The notes below the pieces were generated by a model that searched no databases, was not told where the DNA came from, and saw only the letters and a list, made by a program, of their open reading frames with translations. A stretch of 64,000 nt of DNA from Thalia democratica. Lineage: Eukaryota. A program made the translations under genes and the position numbers. Positions 31,514 through 45,694 of this stretch are shown here, one piece after another (position 1 is the first letter of the stretch; every line of letters begins with the position of its first letter). The stretch is taken from contig OZ241829.1 of assembly GCA_965202585.1 (NCBI GenBank), positions 19,902,001 to 19,966,000 on the forward strand, written 5' to 3'.

Positions 31514-32840
31514 CTTAACAAACCTTCTAAAATATTAAACGTTTACTAATAATGATCAAAAAATAGCTTCGATTTAATAAAGATAAATTAACTCATAAGT
31601 TTTTTATGCCTTTTAGTTAAGAGCAAAGTATATAAGTAAAGAACACTTTTGTAATTTAAAAAAATCTGTTTACATTAAAAGTTCTAAAAAAATCTTTACT
31701 TTTTCAGTTAATCTAGAAATAAAACTGACACTTAGTTGATAAAGTAAAACGAAATCTCTTATATATAAAACGCTCCTAATTGTTTCAATGTTGTATAACT
31801 TTAACTAGTTTTGAATAGTGATTGTAATTGAAGTAATCAAACTTCTACCTTTGGCTATACTTATTATGACAATAATAAAATAGTTGTATATCATAGTTAG
31901 GAGTGCCTTAATAAACGAAAAAATAAACAGGTTATACTCACAGCTGTTTAAATTATATTTTTTTAATGTAAAGTTCCTCGAAAAACATTTTATTATTAGT
32001 ATAATACTTATTACTTAAATATTAAACAATATTTACAAAAGTAATAGAAAATTTTTGACTTATTTATTATTACTATAAAGCTACAAAAAGTTTTGAAATT
32101 TAAAAACAATATAAATTAAAAGGTTTTAAGCGTTTTTAAAATTGGTCTAAAAATTATTGTTTAATTTTTTACAAAAACCGTTTTATTTAGTTTTTATTTA
32201 AGAGAAAAGTTATTATCGTTAAAACTAAATTTTTCAGTGAAACAACTAACACAATTAGTGATATAGTTTCAGCGTTCGGTTTTAGTTTATATAACGTACT
32301 GTTTAATTTTTGTAAAAATGTCTATGAGTATGACTTCTAAATTTGTTTATGATTTTTAAGTTTCTGAATTTTTTTGCTTGTATCTAAAACAGGGTTTTCA
32401 AAAGTGCTTCTAAAAGGGTCAGTCAGGTATAGTCGCATTACAGAAATTTAGGGGCTGTGAATAGTAAAGGGGCCCACAGGCGGCTAAGAGACCACCATAG
32501 TATAAAACATACACTAAATATTCTGGATTTGACTGTGAACAGAAAAAATAAAACAAGGTCTCAGGTGTATTTAAAGGTATTTTTTCAAGAAGTCTTTCCG
32601 GAAGTGGCAATAGCTTATCTTATTTTAAAGTTCAATGAAAAACATTGGGCAAATTATAATTTAAATTATTTAAAGATAATGTCTAACTTTTTTTTTACTA
32701 ATGCTTACTTTTGAAAACACTTATCTTAATCTTTTTTTTTTAACTGGTTGAAGGTTAAGCCTTAACATTAAAATGAAAATATAACAACTTAAAGTTTTTC
32801 TATAACTAATTACAACTTTAATATAATTAATACCGAAACG

Positions 32841-33105
32841 TAGGGACACGTTCAAAATCAACCCGTGAATAAAATTCAATCGCGATCAAAATGTACCCAT
32901 CCTATTAAAACCCATCTAGTCAAATTCGAGAACCGCTTACTGATCAAGGTTAAGGATTAGGAGTAACAGTGATAGTGAAAAATATATTAAAATAAATAAA
33001 AAAAATGCAAGAAAATTATTAAATAAGTTTATAAATAAACAAAATGTAAAAAAATATCGGGTTGATTTTGAACGCGGGTAGATTTTGAACGCGGGTGGAT
33101 TTAAA
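32841..33105. mobile_element. Small element with 17-bp subterminal inverted repeats (MITE or Helentron/HINE-like); partial copy at about 30375-30475
   Basis: CGTTCAAAATCAACCCG (32849-32865) is the exact reverse complement of 33058-33074, with tandem variants next to it. Confidence 0.6.
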
Positions 33106-34318
33106 TAGTATACCGAAATGAAAATGCGTATAATTAAAAAGTATCAAGTGTTTGTTGAACAATTTTTTTAATAAAAAACAAATTACACTAAGTCTAATCA
33201 ATAGAAGCAATAATTAATTTTTCGAATATATATACATCTGTGTTAAAAAAATATGGGAATTTTTAGTTTAACAATTTATGCAGAGTAACTAACCGTATTC
33301 TTATTTTTTAATAGAAGTGAATATAAAAGCTAAACCATGGTGAAAAAACGTTATATACTAGATACGTTTTTAAAGGTATAAGTAAAAATAACAACAAATA
33401 TACTTTTTTATAAATACTTTACTAAATTTATAATTTAAAAGCATCATTTAAAAAGCTTAAATAAAAAAAAGTGTTTAAAGCAAAGAAAAATAAAACATAG
33501 TAGTTGAAAATAAATTTAAAGCCATATTGTTATACAAAAAAAAAATGTTTTTAAAATATGTTTGCTAATGACTTACTTTTTATTTTCTTTAAATTGTTGT
33601 AATTACTAAATGTACTAACATTCTAATGTCGCCACCAAAGAAAGTATTTTGTTTAAGTAAAGACCTTTTGGTTTTAATTATTATTAGTGACAAAACCATT
33701 TAACTGATTAAAGAATATTTCAAATTAAAACTTTTAACCAATGAAGCATAACGTCAATAATATTACTTAAACTTCGAATTGTTTCAATTTTTTTATATTT
33801 TTGCTAGAATAATTTGAAAAATTAAACATTTAGTATTATTTGTATTAAATTAAATTAAAATTATAGTATAGCTTTTAGTAAATGGACTTTATATAGAATT
33901 TTTTTATTTTTGAAAAGTTATATATCTTTCATGACGTTGGAAATGAAATGTTACCTACTGAAAAGTATTTTTACTGTCTGGTAAAGACGTTAAGATGTAT
34001 CTAAGTAGTGCAAGCTTGGATATAAAATTTTTTTACCAAACTATATATTGATCCTAGGATCAAATACTTTTATCCGATTTGCTTTGTCAATCAATTAATT
34101 ATTGAAACTATTATTAAAAGTATACTTTTTATCAATTAACAAATAATAATATATATTATACTTTAAATAATTAAAAAAAGACTCATCTAAAACAAACAGT
34201 TTATAAAAACATAACAACACAAACACATCAACTTATACTCACTATGTTACTTATTATACACATTAACAAGACATTTCAACGAAATAAATAACACATACTA
34301 GTGCAACCGAGGTTCACT

Positions 34319-34798
34319 TCATACACAATACAATACGATTCCGTTTTCAGCCTGACACTGAAACAGATTCAAATTTTCATCCAGCAAATTCTCATTGTTA
34401 TCTTGTTTAGAAAAGCCATTTACTTGCAACCCTGTATCGTCAATAATACGCTGCTTGACCGCAGCAATCGAATCAAACCTGTTAGAAGATGTCTTATGAA
34501 CAATTCTTCTCATAGGATCAAGCTGAGAAATGACGTAGAAATGTGCCCAATAAGAAAATTCCCCTGATGTTAGAACGAGTTCGACCTTCGGAATGTCATG
34601 AACAAAACTGTGACAATCTTTGCATAAACGCAGACCAGGACCCCGTTGTGGCTCATCAAAGTAATATAACAAACGTTGGTTAATGAATGGCACGCTTAAC
34701 CATTGAAAAATTATCTGTTTAATCTCAGGAACAGTAATTGGCACAATGATGTCGTTAAATGTAAATTTTCTAGATTCTAAATGTATTACCAGTTGCAT
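34319..34798 (-). CDS. Di-UBL protein, copy C, 159 aa (TGA after LYCV)
   Basis: Paralog of copy A; the downstream tail frame contains a TAG. Confidence 0.72.
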   Translation of the reverse strand: MQLVIHLESRKFTFNDIIVPITVPEIKQIIFQWLSVPFINQRLLYYFDEPQRGPGLRLCKDCHSFVHDIPKVELVLTSGEFSYWAHFYVISQLDPMRRIVHKTSSNRFDSIAAVKQRIIDDTGLQVNGFSKQDNNENLLDENLNLFQCQAENGIVLYCV

Positions 34799-36805
34799 CC
34801 TAACAAACCCTGAAAAATATTGAACGTTTACTAATAATGATCAAAAACTAGCTGGATTTACACTTTATTTTAGTGTATTGAGTTTTAAAAAGTATTAAGT
34901 ATATTTCAACTTAAAAAGTGCTAACTCAAGTGTCATTTTACTCTACGTACCTACATTATTTTGACAATATTATAATTACTAATTAATTTTTTTACAACAA
35001 ATTTGAGATGAAAGAATGTTAAACTTTATGTGTTTTTATTTTTATCAGCTTTTTTGTTTTAAGTTTAATTTCACTAAAACAAATAATTTTAACGAATAAC
35101 AGTTTTCATTTAATGAGTTAGTTAAATTAATTGCTAAGTTGTTTTACAAAGTTAATCTAAATTTATAGTTTTTATTCTTGTTGGACTGAATTTTAATAAC
35201 TTGTAATTTTTAAAGCGTTTTGTTTAAGCAACTTCGAGATTTCAAGTCTTAAATAATGTTTTTTTTTTTTAAATTAAGAATATCTTATTGTCATAACAAC
35301 AACTTTAATCACAAGTATGAATAATAGTTAGGAGCTTTAAAAATGAAGAAAAGCTCTTTTAAAATAGAAATATAAACTAGCTTTTGAATCACTTTTCATT
35401 ACATATTCGAAAAACTGCTAAAATTTACAACCAAATCTCAATAACAACATACTTATATTTCACATAATACTTCTGTAAATTTCAAATTAGATTAACATTA
35501 GACCTTTCAATATATGATAAATTATGCATTTAAGTTTTTTTTTTCCATTTCAATAGATAACTTAAAGTAAAATCTAAGATCTAGGTAATTTTAAGTGAAA
35601 AATTTTTAAATAAGAACATAACTGAAATATATTTTTAAAATTGTACACGGAAAATAGTTCCGAATATAATTGTAGTTTAAATTTTGTAAACTGTAAGAAT
35701 TTTAAACAAGACAATTTTGTAACTAAGCTCATACAATACAAAGTTAATTTGAGCTGATTTATTAAAAACTAATAAACGAATGTGTCGTTTAACATGTTTT
35801 AATCTTAAAATTGTCACTAATGCATAATTTGTGTATATAATAACTTTATTTATACGAAAAAACAACTTTGACTAAATATAACCTAGTATGTACTTGAATT
35901 CTACTCAAAGTTATTTATTGAAACTTTATTCAGTAAGTTTTTGATAGTTTTTACAAAAAAAACTTACAAGCATAATGCAGTATATATTAAAAATCAAAAA
36001 GTTTATTTAATCTAAAAATTTACAAAAGCATTTATTGAAATATAAGTAAGGTTTTATGGATATGTTGTTGTATTTGATTTTATAAAATATTATTAGGTTT
36101 TTTCTAATTATAAAAAATTTAAGCAGCTTTTGTTACATCTAGTTTAAAACGGTTAAAAAGCTAGTTTATATTTTTTATTGAATTAAGCAAACTTTATAAA
36201 CTTAAATACTGTTATTCATTTTTAAAGCCCTAAATCAGTGTTATTTGTGATCAAATTATTGTAGCAAAAATAGAATGTTATTACATAGAATAATAGCATT
36301 TCATATTTAAAATAATGAAGTTACTTAGTTAAAATGCTTTAAAAAATTTCAAATTGTTCAAATTTCATCAAATGAGTATTAAAATATGAAGTTAGTCTAA
36401 TTCATTAAAACATTCTAGCAATTTCCTTAACTTATTCATTAAACAAAAGCTATTAGTTAAAAGTAATGATCTTAGTGAAAGTTTGAAATAAAATTTTTAA
36501 AAGTGGATTTAGTTGATTACAAATGAAGTTAATCACATCATCTGAAGTCTGTAATAAGAAAATCTAAACAGTAATTACAGTATTGACAATGAGGAGAAAC
36601 TTTATGTACTGACGCTCTGGTTGTATTTTCAAACTTAAAACAACTTTTAATCATATTCAAACATTAAACTTAATTCATTTGAAATTAATTTTCTTCTAGG
36701 TCGCAAAGTAGTAAAAAAAATAATAAGAAAATAAAATTAAGTGTAAATCAAGCTTGTTTTTATTGAGTGTCACTAAACATTTAATGTTTTTGAAGGTTTA
36801 TTAAG

Positions 36806-37350
36806 ATGCAAGTGGTAGTACATCTAGATGCGCACAGCACATGTTTAACGACATAAAAGTACCCATCACTGTGCTTCAATTCAAACAATCATTTTATCTT
36901 ATGTTCGGCGTACCAGTAAGACAACAAAGTTTATTTTATTATCCTGACATGCCACAACAGGATCCTGGGCTGCATTTGTTCGAATATCATCACAGCTTTG
37001 TTCAGGACATCCCGAAAGTCGAACTCGTTCTCACATCAGGGAAGTTTCTAGTTGGGCACGTTTCTGCGTCATTTTTCTTCCTGGTCCTGATAAAAGAAGA
37101 GTTTTTAGCAAGCTATCTTCTAACAGTTTTCATTCTATTGCTGATATCAAGCAGACAACTTTTGATGATCAAGAGTTACAAGTCAATGGCTTCTCTAAAC
37201 AAAAACATATTGGAAGTTTGCTGGATGAAAATTTGAACATGTTTCAATGTCAATTAGAAAACGCAACCATATTGTATTTTAAGTATAAAGTAAACCTCAG
37301 TTGTACTAGCATTTATTTTTGTTTCGTTGATACGTATTTTTTACGTGTAT
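36806..37350 (+). pseudogene. Di-UBL copy D, inverted, two single-base deletions
   Basis: ATG CAA GTG GTA at 36806 is out of frame with MFNDIKVP (36841). A second -1 shift occurs at TSGKF, after which the homologous frame resumes (..KQ..LQVNGFSKQ..LLDENLNMFQCQLEN). The downstream donor motif has decayed to GTGTGT. Confidence 0.8.
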
Positions 37351-39166
37351 AATAATTGACAATGTGTGTATAGGTTGATTTATTTTTTGTTCTATTGTTT
37401 TAATAGACTCTTTAATTTTCGAGTAATCTTTTTTTATTTATTAATTAAACTATAATATTTAAAAGTATAACGTTGTCTAATTTGACCTATAATTCCCAAT
37501 CAATAAAAAATTAATATTTTTCAATAAGCTTTTGTTTATTTTATACTACACTTTGTTAAACTCTGACATTGTTTTGTTAAAAATTTGATCAATTATGGTT
37601 AGGTATGTATTTATTTCTAATTATTTATATCCGAAAACTGTCTAGCTTATTTTATTTACATTGATCTTCAACAAAAATATATTTAAAAAAAAACTCATGA
37701 TAGTTTAGAAGAAAGCTAGTAAAAAATAAACTAAGCGTTAATTTTTGTAAAAACAAGTTCAGATCTATTTAGATACATTTAGACTTCAAGTAACTAGTTT
37801 TTATTGTATAATTTTTAATATTTCAAATTTATTAATAGTATTTAAAAACTTTTAGACAACTCATGACAATTTTATATAAGTTTTATTTTTTACTCACAAA
37901 ACAATTAAACTAGTTTTTGTATTTAAGTGACGAAATAAGCATATTTATTTATCAAATTCAAATTATTATATTATAATGTTTTCACATGATGAGAATTTAT
38001 TTATTAAAGTTAGGTGGTAGAAAATTAGTAATCTTTACTATTTTAGCTCCTTACTGGGAACAAAATTCGTAAGATGTTAAACACTTATTCTAAAATCAAA
38101 TTATATAAAAACAAATGTTTTTCTAATATAAAACCAACTAAGGATCTCTAAGTTCTTAACTACAATCTACACTTTTTGATTTAAATTAAAAGAAAAAATT
38201 GATTGTTGAATTACAACTAAGTTTGATATATTTAATATAAAAGTAGAAAATAAATATACTATTTGATGTATTTTTTTTATTTAATAAAGTAAAACTACTA
38301 AGTAAAAAAATTTAAAAAAAAATATTATAAAATACGATTAGTTTTTTTTTTAAATAAAGAAATAAAAGTTTGAATGATAACCTTAAATAAAAAAAAATCT
38401 TTTACTTTTTACTATCTTTACAATGTTGTAGTTATTAAATGTAGTAACGACGTAATGTCGCAACCAAAAAAAGTTTTATCGTTTAAGTGAGGACATATTA
38501 GTTCAAATATTATTACAAGTGGCAAAACCACTTAATTAAATAGAATATATCTCAAATAAAAACTTATGTCCAATGAAACCAAACGTCACTAAAAATATTT
38601 AAACCAACAATTAGTTTAAATTTATCTGTTTGTTAAATTAGTTTGAAAAAAAAAAACAATTAAATTTTTTGTCATCTGTATTAGTTTTTTAGTATTTCTG
38701 TAGAGTTTTTGGTTAGTAGAAAATTTAAAAATGTTTTTATAAAATTTAGAAATCTTTTAACTTTTCATAACATTGTAATCGAAATATTGTATATAATAAC
38801 AATATAAGTATTCCTACTATCCTAGTCATGAAGATAAACTGTATCCGAAGGTAAGACTAAATAACAGAAGTATTGTTCGAAATATATAAAAGAACTTTTT
38901 CTTAAGAAAAAATCCTTCTAAGCGCTTTGTTTTGTCCATCAATAAAATATTGCATCTATCATTCAAAGTGTATTTGTAACAATCTACAAATAAAATATTT
39001 ATTGTACTGAAATTAGTCACAAAAAAGACTCCAAGAAAACAAAATAGTTTATTGAAACATAAAAACACAAATACGTCAACTTATACTCACTATGTCAGTT
39101 GTTATACACATTGATAATACATTTCAACGAAACAAAAAATACATGCTGGTGCAACTGAGATTCACT

Positions 39167-39652
39167 TTATACAAAATACAATATGGTTCCGTTTTCAACT
39201 TGACATTGATACAGATTCGAGTCATCCTCCAGCAAATGCCCGTGGGGTTCTTGTTTAGACAAGGCGTGAGTTCTCAACTCGTCATGATCAGCAAAAATCC
39301 GATGCTTTATCTCATGAATTAAATTAAACCTGTTGAAAAAAACCTTGAGAACTCGTCTTTCATCGCCAGGATAACGTGGAAAACAGACGTAGAAATGCGC
39401 CCAATTTGAAACTTCCCCTAGTGTGAGAATAAGATCGACGTTCGGGTTGCCCTGAACAAAACTTTCATCATCTTGGCATAAACGCGGACCAGGACCTCGA
39501 TGTGGCTGGTCAGGATAAGAAAACAAACGTTGGTGTCTGACTGGAACTCCGAACTTAAGATAAAACATTTGTTTAATTCGAAGCACAGTAATGGGCCCAA
39601 TGATGTTGGTGAATGTAAACTCTTTTGTTTCAAATTTTATTACCACATTCAT
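39167..39652 (-). CDS. Di-UBL protein, copy E, 161 aa (TAA; latent open tail 39095-39166)
   Basis: Divergent paralog retaining the family motifs VPVRHQRL, LC.D..FVQ.P, WAHFYV and FQ/YQCQVENG. Confidence 0.72.
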   Translation of the reverse strand: MNVVIKFETKEFTFTNIIGPITVLRIKQMFYLKFGVPVRHQRLFSYPDQPHRGPGPRLCQDDESFVQGNPNVDLILTLGEVSNWAHFYVCFPRYPGDERRVLKVFFNRFNLIHEIKHRIFADHDELRTHALSKQEPHGHLLEDDSNLYQCQVENGTILYFV

Positions 39653-40801
39653 CTTGACAAACCTTCAAAAATATTAATACTTACTGGTATTGATTAAAAT
39701 TTAGCTTGATCTACTATACATTAGTTCTTTTTTATGATATAAAATGAAATTGATTTCGACAGTTTTAAGTCAAATGTTTTAATATGACTAAACGTGGTTT
39801 TAAGCTTGAAAAGTGTTACTAAAATGTCGTATACTGTACGTACCTACATTTTTAGTTATTGTCAATATTATATTTACTACTTACTTATTCTTATAACAAA
39901 TTTTAGATGAAAAAGGTGATTAACTTCACATTTAATTAAGTTAATCCGCTTTTAGAACCTTTTTTCTTAGTTTAGCTTCCCTAAGTTCAATAGTTATAAT
40001 CAACAGTAGTTTTTATTTTAAAAATAAGTTAAATTGCTAGTTTATTTTAGTTAACTCGCTTAACTTTTAGTTTTTATACTTATCGGACTGAATTCGAAAA
40101 ATATGTGACTTTAAAAAGTTTTTGATAAATAAACTTTTTAATTTCAAATATGAAATGTAATCATTTTAATGTAATAACATCCTATTGTGGCTACAAGAAG
40201 TTTGATCACAATTAACACTAGTTCAGGGCTTTTATAATTTTTGTTTGCAATCAACTAGAAGTATAAACTAGCTTTTGAAACACTCTAAATGAGATGTTAT
40301 AAAAACAGCTTAAGTATTTAACACATATATAAAAAAAAATATTTATTTGCCTCAAAATATTTTTGTAATATTTAAAATGAAAACAACTTCAGGCCATCTT
40401 TATATGCAAATTATGAATTTAGTTTTGTTTTAAATGGATTTAAACTAAGAGAATAAAGCTTCAGTAAATAAGTAAATAAATTGAAATAAAATTAATGTAC
40501 TAGTTGATTTAAAGTTAGTGACCTTTTTGCAAGTAAGTACAAATCTATAATACAATTTATAAATTGTGCACAAAATAAAAGTATAAATAGAACTTAAATC
40601 AATAATAAATAAATATGCTGTAAATTAAAATAAATTTAACAAGACAATCAAGTAATTTAGCTCATACAATATAAAGTTAATTTGGGCTGAATTATTAAAA
40701 ACTAATAAACAAAAGTGTCGTTTAACATATTCTAATCTTAATATTGTCACTAAAGTATGACCTGATTAAACAAAACAATTATCATAGTTAAGGGCAGGAA
40801 T

Positions 40802-41340
40802 CTAATATGCACGAAGGGACACTTTTGCAAGAAGACACTTTTGTACGGGTTGATTTTTTTTTTTTTTTATAGTTTAAGTTAATTATTTTTTTACTATCAC
40901 TACCGACCCTAACCTTACCCGCGGTCTTATTTTAATTTACTCGTTTTTGTCATCTAGAAAAACTCTATTAAGTTTTTTTTATATTTTCTTAACTGTTACT
41001 CCTAACTCTTATCCTTGATTGGTAACTTTTTTTCTTTTTTTGATTTTTTAGTATATATTTTATTTATTTATTTTTTAAGTTATTGTATTTTTTTTCTATT
41101 TTTCTTTTACTATAGTTTTTATCTCTAACCCTTACCCACGTGCATTTTTTTTTAATATACTTTTATCTGCTTTATTTCTTTTTTAATTAATTTGTTTATT
41201 TTCTTATTCTCGGGCAAAAATGACCTTCCGTGCAAAATAGTCGTCGTGCAAAAGTGACCGCTCGTGCAAAAGAGTTTTTGTACAAAGTTGTTCCTCCATG
41301 AAAAAAAGACTTCGTTCAAAAGTGTTAATTCGTGCAAAAA
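40802..41340. mobile_element. TTTTGCACG-repeat element with CCCTAACC core
   Basis: Left TTTTGCACG/ATGCACG repeats are inverted relative to right CGTGCAAAA repeats. Related copies or ends occur at 45695-46150, 42502-42565, 27725-27790 and about 56845-56920. Confidence 0.65.
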
Positions 41341-42379
41341 TATATATGTGCCTATTAGAACCGTTACTCATAATTAAACGCTATAATCTTTAAGCCAAAT
41401 AAGTTAAACAAAGATATATTTTAGCTGAAAGACTGTATGATAATACTTAAGCTAGTATTTCAATTAAAAGTGCTGTAAAGGTAAAATAAATTTATGTAGT
41501 AAATTTGGATCTTAATTAGCTTTTATGATAGTTTATCGTTAAAAATAAAAGAACTATGAATAAATATCTGTAATTTTAGGATGTTTTTAGACTTTGGTAC
41601 TTCTGAAAAGCCTGTTAATATTTAAAATTTATTTAGCATTTTTAAAATATATATTTAAATTATAGGAGTTTTGTTTATTTAAAGTCAATTATCTATTACG
41701 TAAAAATTTCTTAATAGTTGTCTACATGTTATATTAAAGTTATTAATCAATAAACATTTAGTTAAGTATTAATTTTTTTAAATATTGGAGAACAATAAAA
41801 CGTAAATAATTTTTCTAAATATACAAGTTTTATGTAATATATTTTCATATAGAGGTTTTTTTTTTCTTTTTTTTTTCATTTTTAGCTCGTTATAAACTTT
41901 ATTAATTTTGGTATGCAACTCGATGACCGAGAGGTCTTTTTGCGTATCTAGGTCGTTCAACCAAAAAAAATTAAGTAATTTTTTGTTTTTGTTTAATAAA
42001 CCACTAAAAGTTTTTAAATAGAACTAAACGTTTTTTTTTCAAAACATTTACATCAATAACGAATAGTTTATTAGCTTTTTGTCTAAAGTATCATGAACTT
42101 TTAAAAATAATATGTTTTTATTGTAGATCTATGTAAATAAAATAAATTATACAATCTTTTGATACAAACAGTTTGAAATAAAAATAATTTGAAAGATTTA
42201 GTTTTTTAAGAAAACAGTGTCAGAGTAACAACTAAGTTCAGTATAAAATAAATAAAAGGTTAATAAAAAAACAACTCGATTATATGTTGACAATAATAAT
42301 TTTTATATATTGGAATTATAGGTTAAATAAGACAGCGTTACACTTTTCAATATTATAAGCTATTAAATTAAAAATAAAG

Positions 42380-43083
42380 ACCTCGAAAATAAAAGAGTCT
42401 ATTGAAACATATAAAAAGAAAATAAACCAACCTATACTCACAATGTCAATTATCATACACGTTAACACGACACTTCAAGGAAACTAAAAATACATGTATA
42501 ATATGCACGAAGGTACATTTTTGCACGAAGACACTTTTGCATGAAAACACTTTTGCACGAAGGGTAAAGAAAATTAGTTTATACTCACACTTATTTAAAT
42601 TATTTTTTTTTAAAGTGAAGTTGAAACATTTTAATTGTTAGAATAGAACTTTTTACTTCAATATTTAAGGATTTTTATAAAAATAATAGAAAATTGTAAC
42701 TTATTTCTTATTACTATGAAGCTTCAAAATATGTTAGAAATTAGAAAAAAAAAAAAAGGGTTTAAGCGTTTAAAAAATCGGTCTAAAAGTAATTGCTTAT
42801 GTTTTTACTAAAAGCGTTTTATTAAGTTTGTACTTGAGAAAAAGTTATTACTGTTAAAACTAAATTATTTAGAAAAACAACCGAGATTTTTTAATGATAT
42901 AGTTTTAGCGTTCGGTTATAATTAATATAAAGTATTATTTAGTTTTTGGTATCACTATGAAGTAGTTTTGTTTATGATTTTTAATTTTCTTAAAATTTTT
43001 GCTTGTATTTCATCTACAGTGATGGGTAGATTGATGTTGTTCAATGTAAATTTATTAGTTTTTAAATGTATTACCACTTTCAT
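42380..43083 (-). pseudogene. Di-UBL copy F, centre deleted and replaced
   Basis: 5' stub 43015-43083 reads MKVVIHLKTNKFTLNNINLPITV. The 3' remnant at about 42380-42495 retains the tail end, TGA and GTGAGT. Between them lie a TTTTGCACG-repeat end and a copy of the array's flank block. Confidence 0.75.
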
Positions 43084-44385
43084 CTTAACAAACCTTCAAA
43101 AATATTTAACTTTAACTTAATTTATACTGATTAAATACTAGCTTATTTTACACTATACTTTCGTTTTTTAGTTTTTGTTTGCTTTATAAAATGAAATTTA
43201 TTATGAAAAATTTATATCAAATGTTTAGATATGACTAAATGTTGTTTCTAGCTTGATAAGTGTTACTCAAATGTCGCTTTACTGTACATACCTACATTTT
43301 TAGTTATTGTCAATATTACAATTACTACTTAATTAGGCTGCATGAATAGTAAAGGGTCCCAAAGGGGGCTATGAGACCATAGTTTTAAATTTACACTAGA
43401 TATTCTGAATTAGACGGTGAAGAGCATAAAATAAGGTCTTAGGTGTATTCAAAAGTAATTTTTCAAGAAGTCTTTTCGAAGCTTGCCATAGCTTATTTTA
43501 TTTATTTAAAATAGGCTTTATGAAAAAAAGTTATGGATAATCTAATTTAAAAACAAAAATTTAAAGATATTCTCTAACTATTTTCTTAGCTAATGCTTAC
43601 TTATGATAACATTAGTCTAAATATACTATATTTTTAAGGGTTGATAAGCTGAGCTTTAATATTAAGATAAAAGTATAAAAATTTAAAGTTATTCTAAAAA
43701 TAATTAGAACTTTAATACAATTAATACTAAAATGCAAATAAGTATAATCGAAAAACATTTAGTGAATGTTTAACAAATTTTTTAATGATAAACAAACTAT
43801 ACTAAGTTTATTGCATAGAAATAATCATTAATTTTTTGAATATATGTATTTCTAATAAAAGTATACGAGAAGTTTTTACTTATCAATTTATGATAATAAT
43901 TTAATGAATACTTATATTTGTTTTAATGTTTAACAGAAAATAAATTGGTATAATAATAATATTTAATTACTATTCTTAAAAATTACAAAAAATATACTTT
44001 CTCTTAATTATTTACCTAACTATGTTTGGTTTTTCTTTACTTTTAAAATATAGGAATTTAAAATAAGTAGTAAAAGCCTGGATATTAGAAATACTTTTCA
44101 AAATATATATATATTATTCCTAGGATTAAATCCTTTTGAGCGCTTTGTTTTGTCGATCAATTAACTATTAAAAAATTCTATTAAAAGTGTATTTTCACCA
44201 ATTAACAACTTACAACATATGTTATACTTTATATAATTAAAAAAAGACTTCTCGAAAACAAAACAGTTTATTGAAACACAAAAACAGAAATACGTCAACT
44301 TATACTCACTATGTCAGCTATTATACACATTAACAAGACATTTCAACAAAACAAAAAATGCATACTGGTGCAACCAAGGTTCACT

Positions 44386-44871
44386 TTATATACAATACAA
44401 TTTGGTTCCGTTTTCAACTTGACACTGAAACATGTTCAAATTTTCATCCAGCAAAATTCCATTGTGCTCTTGTTTAGACAAGCCATTTACTTGTGACCCT
44501 GAAACATTAATAATACACTGCTTGACATCAGCAATCAATTCAAACCTATTAGCACTTACCTTGGAAACACGTCTTCTTCCGTCAGAATCAGGAGGAAGAC
44601 AGACGTAGAAATGCGCCCAAATAGAAACTTCCCCTAGTGCGAGAACAAGCTCGGTTTTTGGGGTGCCCTGAACAAATCTGTCATAATCTTTGCACAATCG
44701 CAGACCAGTATCCTGTTGTGGCTCGTCAGGATAATAAAACAAACGTTGGTGTCTAACTAGAACGCCTAACTCATCATGAAACATTTGTTTGATTTTAAGC
44801 ACAGTGGTGGGTAAATCTATGTCGTTTATTGATATAAACGCTTTAGTTCCAAATTTTATTACCAATTGCAT
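44386..44871 (-). CDS. Di-UBL protein, copy G, 161 aa (TAA; latent open tail 44314-44385)
   Basis: Paralog of copy A across the whole ORF. Confidence 0.72.
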   Translation of the reverse strand: MQLVIKFGTKAFISINDIDLPTTVLKIKQMFHDELGVLVRHQRLFYYPDEPQQDTGLRLCKDYDRFVQGTPKTELVLALGEVSIWAHFYVCLPPDSDGRRRVSKVSANRFELIADVKQCIINVSGSQVNGLSKQEHNGILLDENLNMFQCQVENGTKLYCI

Positions 44872-45694
44872 CTTAACAAACCTTCAAAAATATTAAATAC
44901 TTACTGATACTGATTAAAAAAATCTTAATCTACTTTAGGTTTTAGTGACTCACTTCTAGTTTTTATTCTTAATTGACTAAATTTGAACAATTTGTAATTT
45001 TCAAAGCGTTTTGATTAAGCAACTTTTAAAATCAATTCTGAAACGTAATAGTTTTAATGTAATAGCACCCTATTGTCGATACAATATTTTATATCACAAT
45101 TGACACTGATTAAGGGATTCAAAAATGAGGAAAAGATTTATAAAGTTTTCTTCAATCAAATAGAAACACGAAATAGCTTTTGAAACACTTTTAATTAGAT
45201 GTTGTAAAGACTAATGAAATTAACAACAAAATATCCACAACCCCTTACTTAAATTCCACATAAGACTTTTGCAAATTTTTAGGTTAAACAACCTTTAGAA
45301 TTTCGAAAGATGCTAAACTATGAATTTAAGTTTTTTTTTAATTATTCTAAACTGAGAGAATAAGCTTGATAAATAAATCAAAGTAAACTTTAAGTACTAC
45401 CTTATATCAAACAATTTTTTTTTATTAATTGAACTAAACTGTAATACATTTTATTTTTAACACTGTGTACAAAAATGTTTAAACATAATTTATATCATAA
45501 TAGAAATATACATATTGTAAACTATAAAAAATTTAAACAAGATAGTTAAGTAATTTAGCTTATACAAAATTAGTTCTGCTAATTTATTAAAATATAATAA
45601 ACGAAAATGTCGTTTAAAATATTCAAATCTCAAAATTGATACTAATGATGTATCACTTGGTTTTAAAACTATTATCATAGTTAAGGGTAGGAGG

